In this document: positions 57,212 to 64,000 of the stretch, in pieces
Layout: each line of letters opens with the position of its first letter
Numbering within the stretch: the stretch's first letter is position 1
DNA from: Camelus ferus
Lineage: Eukaryota
DNA: 64,000 bases
Assembly: GCF_009834535.1 (NCBI RefSeq)
Contig: NC_045714.1
Coordinates: forward strand, 14,632,001 to 14,696,000
Direction of reading: 5' to 3'
Program-made: the position numbers and the translations under genes
The notes under the pieces: model-generated
Seen by the model: only the letters and a program-made list of their open reading frames with translations
What the model was told of the DNA's origin: nothing
Database searches by the model: none

Positions 57212-58564
57212 CCCATCTTCCGTGTGGCTGCTCTGCTGCGGCTCTACCTGCAGGATTACCCAGAAGCGCCACACGCGCTGTCGTGACTGGGTCCCTCCCG
57301 CCCCGCCGCCACTCCCCCTCTGTCCAGCTCGAGAAGGTCACAGAGGCCTGGCCCGGGAACCAGGCAGGCCCGTGCTCAAGGAGGACCCTGGGCCTCGGAG
57401 ACCCGCAGAGCTGCACAAACTGTCCGGACGGAAGCAGGCATTCATCCTGGTCACTGTCCCTGCTACGTGTTCTTCAATGGCACAGTGACCATCGGCCAGA
57501 AGGGACATGACTGGGACACGTGGCCACCCCCTGGCACTGTGGCCAGGGCAAGTCTAGGGCGGCTGCGAGCAGAGCCCAGACGGGTCCAGATTCTAGCTAT
57601 GAGCCAGGGACCCCAGAGCTGGGCTTCTCTGGCTCAATGTACCCCAAAGTCCCCTGGAGCCCGCGTTGAAGTGCAGATTCCAATGCAGAAGTTCCAGTTC
57701 TGCATTTCTAGCTGGCTCCCAGGTGACGTGGCAGGAATGCCGAGAGGTGGTCGGGGACTGGGAGCCTCAGGGCCTGGGGCCCACACAAACCAGGTGTGCT
57801 GTGCACAGCCCAGGCTGCTGCCCACTTGGAGGCGGACGCTGGGATGACCCTGGCCCCCAGGCCTGTGTCGGGTCTCGCATGCCTGGGAGCCAGGCCTGCG
57901 GTTGGCTTCTGGACGTTAGCTCTGGGAGGCAGGCGTGGCCCCAGAGCTCTATTCCCATGCCATGGGCACTGCCACTTAATTTCAATGTAATTGATGTCGA
58001 ATTGGGCACCCAGCCCCCTGTGGAATGCCTGATGAATTCACTGTGATCAACGGTTTTCCAAGCTCAGGACGGTGGCCAATCAGAGCCGCCACTCCTGACA
58101 AGGTTAAGCAGGCCAGGGACACCGGCAGAACAAGATGAGGGCAGGGAGGGGCGCCTTGGCCCACACCAGCCCCAGCTTCTTGGCGGCCCCCAACCCACAG
58201 ACCATGTAATGAAGCTGTGTGCTGCAGGGCAGGGAGTTGGGGAGCCAGTTCCTAGCAAGTAGAAAGATAACGGGAGGAGGTGGAGGAGGGGGTTTGGTGG
58301 GCAGGGCTGGGGGCCTGGTGCAGAGGAGGGCAGAGATGGCTCTGTCCCCGCTCCTGCTCCGGATTCCAGGGCTCTGAGCACCTTGCTGCTTGCTGAGACC
58401 CCAAACCCTCCACAATAGAGATTCCCAGCCCCGGGGCCCGGGGCAGGGGCCCGCGGAGAGCAGCGGCCCAGGCCACATACTCGGCCAGCTCGCCTGGGCA
58501 GACACCCTTGGCCTTAGACAACACAGCGGCTGTGGATGGTGGACCAGTGACTGGGTCACCAGTC

Positions 58565-59168
58565 CTTCAAAGATGCTGGGTCCACGGCCACATCTTGGTA
58601 CAGCACATCTCTGCAGGATGGGTCGCTGCACGCTTAGCGCGAGCTCTGCCACTGAGCCGCACCCTCCTCTCTCCTGACGAGCGACCAGGAGGATGCTGAG
58701 AGGCAAGGTTTGCCGGCACCCAGCGTTCACAGAGATCTATGACCGAGTGTCAAGGACAGCCTGAGGGTGCTCCTTGTAGGGTGGAGATGACGATGAACAT
58801 TACAGTTTAGATTTTTAAATAATGCTTGTTAGTTTCAGGTCTATACAATACACGGGCCATGATACACATAACTGGGACCTCCCAAAGTACCTAAGCAGGT
58901 TTTCTTAGTGGGTTTCGGGTCCCCTTCCATCTTGTTTCCCTCTCCGAGAGAGGGTGCATGGGCAAACCTTCCCTCTGCTGCTGCCAGATTACCACAGATT
59001 TCAGATTAGTGGGAACTAGATTACTGAGATTTCCCTCTAAAAAGGCGACCCCGGGAACTGAAGGGGCCAATGCGTGCTCTGTAGGTATGTCCCCACAGAG
59101 GATGCATCGACGCGTCCTGCAGAGATGCACCGTACTGAGATGCTGCTGTGGCTCCAGCATTTCTGAAG
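58565..59168. repeat. Inverted repeat with ~70-bp arms (58565-58634 and 59099-59168)
   Basis: Ungapped hand alignment gives 53/70 identity between arm 1 and the reverse complement of arm 2. Confidence 0.85.
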
Positions 59169-62044
59169 CATTTTTGAGGGCTTGGGACTGGCTGCAGACC
59201 CCAGGTAGGGGAGGCGGGTTCGGACATTTCTGTGCTAAGGGCAGTCCGGGCCACCATGGCAGCCCAGGCCGAAGTCCTCCAAAGGCCCCCTGCAGCCCCC
59301 AGGCCAGGAGCTCGGGGAACGTGCTCCCGCCAGCTGGTGACTCCTGGACTCATGTCTTTGCTATAAACTCGCGGCCTGACTGGGACGTCGCTCCCGGGCA
59401 GGGCCTTGTTGGGCCAGGGTCTCAGGCAGCAGCCTCTCCCCAGGACAGGCCTGCAGAGGCCCTCTGCCCTTCACCATATATAAGAACAGACTCACAGTCA
59501 CAGCTGAAGAGAGACCACAGAAGCCTCAGACATGGAAGTGCTTTATCGACTTCAGAGCAGTGAGCTGAAGAGCGATGCTGCAGCCCAGGTTTTCAACCCG
59601 TGGGGCCCAAGATCCTGGGAGGAACTGCTTTGGACTCAAGACGCTCTTGGGGAACCAGGTTGGAGTTTGGGACCCCCAAGGCCTGTCCTCGGTCTCTTGA
59701 TCTCTTGTTCTGTTCCTGGCCCTCTGCCAACATGCATGGAGGGAACCCAGCCCTGATCGCCCTGACCAAGCGGAGCCAGGCCTGCACACAGCGGAAGTCG
59801 GGGGATGCCTCGGGTGCCTCCACCTCGGCACCTCGACGGCTCCTGTCTCTGCCCCTACTGGGGACACCCGCTCCCTCCTCTCCCGTGAAGCTCTGTCCTG
59901 CTCTGCGCTGCAGCAGCAACGGCCTTGCTGGTGGGGGGTCCAGGCAGGTTTGGGGGATGGAGGTGCAGAGTAAGGAGGGGACTGGGATGAGGGTGGACAT
60001 GGGGACAGCAAGCCAGGCCCAGGGCAGCCTGGAGGCCAGGTGGAACTCCGCAAAGGAGAGGACAGACGAGGAAGGGGTCCCCAGAGCAGAGAATATGCAA
60101 AGGTGAGACAGCAGGGGGTGAGCCAGAGAACCGGTGAGCTGGGGCTGCAGGAGGGCTGGTGGGCTTTTGTGGCCCTGAGTAACAGCTGTTCCACATCTAG
60201 AGATGACTAACCCTGCCGGGGGCACTCCGCTCGGGCTCAGCAGGTCCTGAGCACCCAGGAGGTGGCCTGGAGACCCATTCCCCAGGCGGCGGGACTGAGG
60301 CTGCTGTCCCAGAATTCAACCCCCCTGCTCCGACCCCAGCACCTCCTGCTCTGCTCTTCCCCTTGGGGCTTTGCTGGTCAGGAGGAGGCCTGGCCTCTCT
60401 GAGGTGGCCCTTCCCCAGGTGAGCCAGGCTCAAGATGGAGCTGAGAGCCCCCAGGCCAGGTGCCCTCCAAGTCCTGGTAGTTCCAGGGAGGCCAGAATCA
60501 GGCAGAGCATCAGGGCTTGAGATGCCCCTGCCAGACCACTCCGTGCAGACCTCAGACCGGCTGGGAACGTACAGGTTTCCATCAGAAACGGGGATTGGAC
60601 AGGGGTGGGGGTCTCACAAACTCTCAGAGTAATTGTCCCAAGTCTCTGCTCCCCTCTGCGTGCAAACAGGCCGTGCCCATCTTTTTTTTGTCCTGTTTTC
60701 CCCAAAATGCCCCTGACCTCAGCATGCTCATCACCCTTGTTTCAAATATCCTTTAATAAGTAATTACCTGTGAACTTAAAGCTGCTCTAAAAAATAGTCT
60801 TTTTAAAAAAACGATTGATAGATGTGGATTTAGGAGTGTCCATGTCATTAACAAGCTGGCAGGTTTGAGGTGAGTTTCCACATCTCTTTCTAGTAGAATT
60901 TTTCTTTCTTTTTGTTGCAGTTAAAGCAAGGTGTCATGATCACCTTTGAGATATTTTTGTTTAGGGTGGCCAGGACTTTCACACTGGAATAATGACACTT
61001 TGGAACATGAAATTGCTTCTGAACAAAAGTCAAACTAATGAGGCATGGAGTGTGCCTTTAGGAGTCAGAACAGGAAGAAAATTCAGCAGGCAGCACGAAG
61101 CCTCCCCGCTCACTTGCAGCCAGAAGCCGTCGTCACAAGAGCATCTTCGGGGGAATGAAATGGGGCTGGGGCTCCGGGCACTTGTAGCTGCTCCTGGCAG
61201 GAAGCGAGGCATGTTGCCCCTCAGACTTGATGCCTGGGACCTGCCTGATGGTTCGGGTCCCCCAGAAACAGATGTAAATGTGCATATGCACAGACACACA
61301 GACACACATGCACACAGAGACACACGTGCACACACACATTTGTGTGGAGGGCGATCTTAGGAAATCCAGTCAGGGTGTGGGGACACAGGGAGGGGTGCAG
61401 CGGCAATCGGGGAGCCAGCACAGAACACTCTCCTCAGAGGTATCCCCCGAGGGTGGGAGAGCCGCATTGCTCACACCCCGACTCCTCCTGTTGGCTGCCG
61501 TGAGGCTGCTCCTGGCCCTCCCTGGCTCTGGAGAGGGGCCTCAAGCAGAGAGACACAGGGAAGGCAGGTGTGCATCAGCTGGAGTGCATGTGGGGGCGGC
61601 CAGGGGAGGCGGGTGGAGCCAACTGCGCCTGCTCCACTTAGATTTAAACCAGTTGTGACATTTCACAGCATTTGTAGTTTTCAGAGCACTTTTATGTATA
61701 TCAAAGCAGCCACTAAGAGAGCAAATGGGGCCTCATTTGTCCTTCAGTAAATGTGAGCTGAGCTCCCAGAAGGTGTGGGGTTGGTGGCCACTGACAGAGC
61801 CTGGGTTGAGGAGCAAATGATCGGTTATGGTTTTTACATTATCATGAATTCTCCAAGCAAGACTCCCCAAGCAGATATCCCCAACAGCTGAGAGTGGAGC
61901 GTTCAGCCATAATGCTAGGTGGACAAAGCCTCCTCCCCTACACAGGTACACAGGCACAGTGCTCACACACACAGACACACACCACACGCATGCACACGCA
62001 AGGTATGTATATAAATGCACACACACATGCAGATGCACAGAGGA

Positions 62045-62265
62045 GGCAGCTGTGTGGTTAGATGGCTTAGGGATAGACAAAACTGGTCTGGTCCCAAACC
62101 TGCTCAAAGACACTCGGACGTCCCCAGGTCTCAGTTTCCTCATCTGTGAAATGGGGGTGGTGGTTCTTACCCAGCCTACGTCTCAAGAAGATGATGAAAA
62201 GTCAAATGAGATAACAGATGGGAAGATCAGTTTGAGGGTGAAAGCTCTTTCTAGGCATAAGGACA
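62045..62265 (+). mobile_element. MIR SINE
   Basis: GTCTCAGTTTCCTCATCTGTGAAATGGGGGTGG...GTCAAATGAGATAACAGATG matches MIR. Confidence 0.8.
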
Positions 62266-62789
62266 AGTTACCATAAAAGGTTGCTAATATTGTCCCCTGA
62301 CCTGTGAGCCAAGGGGAGTTGAGGGTGAAGCAGACCTCAACGCAGGAAGGGGCAGTCAGTCGTGAAGTGACCCCCTGCTTGGGAACACGTGTGCCCAAGG
62401 CACCCTCTCCAGGACAAGGTAAGACCTCGACCCCCACCCCAGGCCAAGTCCTGGTCTCCATGGAGGTGCTGGAGGCTTAGACGCAGAGCTCAAGGGCAGC
62501 TGGCTGGGGCCCAGTCAGGCTGAAAGCCACGGAAGAGGTAGGAGGACACAGGGGTCCCATTCTCCCTATGTCCCCACCCGCCCTCTTCTCTCCTAACATC
62601 TTAAGTCAGTGCTAGAAAAAGGGTGCTAAAACCGAGTGCTCTCTTGCAGGAAGGTCGCATCTGCCACCCCCGGCTCAGTGCCTCCTGCTCAGGGAAACTT
62701 CTCGGCACCCACTCCAGACCAGCCGTCCACCCTGCCCTCATCATTCAGCACATATCCTCTTCGTGGCTCTTACAACAGGTGTAGTCACA

Positions 62790-62915
62790 CGTCCATTCAC
62801 ACAATAATCTGTCTGTCCCACTGGACTGTGGGCTCCACGAGGGTGGGAGCCAAACCTGGGTTTTTCCTGCTTGAATCCCCCAAGTAGCCCAGAGCCAGGA
62901 GCAGAGCACAATAGC
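62790..62915 (+). mobile_element. L2 3' end fragment
   Basis: TGTCTGTCCCACTGGACTGTGGGCTCCACGAGGGTGGGA...CCTGCTTGAATCCCCAAG resembles the L2 tail; another tail-like piece at about 63615-63668. Confidence 0.55.
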
Positions 62916-63189
62916 ACCCTGACCTTCAGCCTTTTAGTGACTTGCCTCCCATTTCATTAAGTGCAATGAAATGCCGCTGCACACATATTCCCATGGGAAA
63001 AAATAATTTGCAAAAAATTTTGGAGTTCTTTGCAATGAAATCTACTGTCCACATGAGCACACCTGTGAGGATGGCTGTGCAGGTCATAGCCAGAGAGCTG
63101 AGTAACTGCAGGGTTAAGTCCCCAAGAGACCAAGGTCAGAGATGGCCAAGGGTCTGGTGGGTGGAGTGTGGGGCTTCCGAGTGGCACCA

Positions 63190-63210
63190 TTCAGTACCTC
63201 GGACAGCGCC
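63190..63210 (+). promoter_or_regulatory. Near-canonical RE1/NRSE REST-binding motif
   Basis: TTCAGTACC-TC-GGACAGCGCC; perfect right half, one mismatch in the left half. Confidence 0.7.
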
Positions 63211-64000
63211 CACCATCGCCGCCCCGGGGCCAGGTTTGCTCTGTTTTCTTGGGGCCTCAGGATTACGGATGATTGCACAAAGCCATGATGGACGTACCCT
63301 TTCTGGGGCCAAAGCGTCTGCTTTACTCCTCAAAGCCTCCCCTGGCTCAGAACAGGATGGGGTTCAGGCACTGGCTCACCACCTGCTCCTTTGCTGTGTG
63401 ATTTCATCGTACCCCTGGTCTCAGCTCCCACCAGCCTGGAAGGAGGGGCATCACGTCCCAGCTGAGGCCTCGCTGAGGGTCCTCGGATGTGACCTGCTCT
63501 GTGTTATTGGTTTACCTTCCAGCATCTTCTCTACTCCTTGGTCGGAAACCTCTGCTTCTGCCTGTTTCTACAGCCAAGATGCTGCCTGTTGACTGACTCC
63601 TGTCCCTCCAAACAGGTGTGGTGCTGGCACATGGTAGGACCTGATACATAATTATTGATTGAATGAAAAGAGCGCGACTTCCTGATTTCCTTCCTGGAAC
63701 CTCGATTGTGCAGATGCCAATAGAATTCAATTTAAATGTGAAAAGAGAGTAAACAAACCTGTAAGTTGCCGGCTCTCCATGGAGTCAGCTCCTCGTCGTC
63801 GCTGAGTGCAGGCGTCCCTAGAAGGAAATGGCTTGTTTTTCCCGGTTCCCCTCACACAGGATGGAGCAAAGAGCTGGGTGAGCAGACTGGACAACTCGAG
63901 ACGTGTTTGCCTGTGGCTTGTGGGCGGCGTTCCCAGCCTTTTATGAATGGCTCATGATAGCGGTAATTCTCAAGTGGAGAAATGGCATCCTAGCCAAGGG

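Noticed and set aside
1-64000. MIR124-3, SLC17A9 exons, CRISPR arrays or prokaryotic systems
   Set aside because: I found no miR-124 mature sequence or SLC17A9-like translation, so these neighbours probably lie outside the window. The minisatellites have no spacers and the DNA is mammalian.

Overview
GC-rich mammalian genomic DNA, most likely camelid (two tRNA-derived SINEs resemble the camelid Vic-1 family), syntenic with human 20q13.33. The only supportable protein-coding gene is the intronless bHLH factor BHLHE23 (10943-11677, minus strand), whose HLH core lies in a 140-N gap. At 57082-57199 is a full-length 118-bp orthologue of HAR1 (Human Accelerated Region 1, core of the HAR1A/HAR1B lncRNAs). 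Against the chimp/ancestral sequence as I recall it, this copy has 13 substitutions, 9 of them AT->GC and 2 identical to human-specific changes, suggesting an independent acceleration in this lineage. The rest is a non-coding regulatory landscape: AT-rich homeodomain-motif islands, canonical REST/RE1 sites on both sides of HAR1, CTCF motifs, a perfect ChoRE-type double E-box, an orphan CpG island with a GC-box VNTR, an inverted repeat downstream of HAR1, and old L1/L2/MIR/MLT1/MER45 relics. Repeat family names and all cross-species comparisons are from memory and need database confirmation. Most ORFs in the supplied track are chance ORFs of GC-rich DNA.
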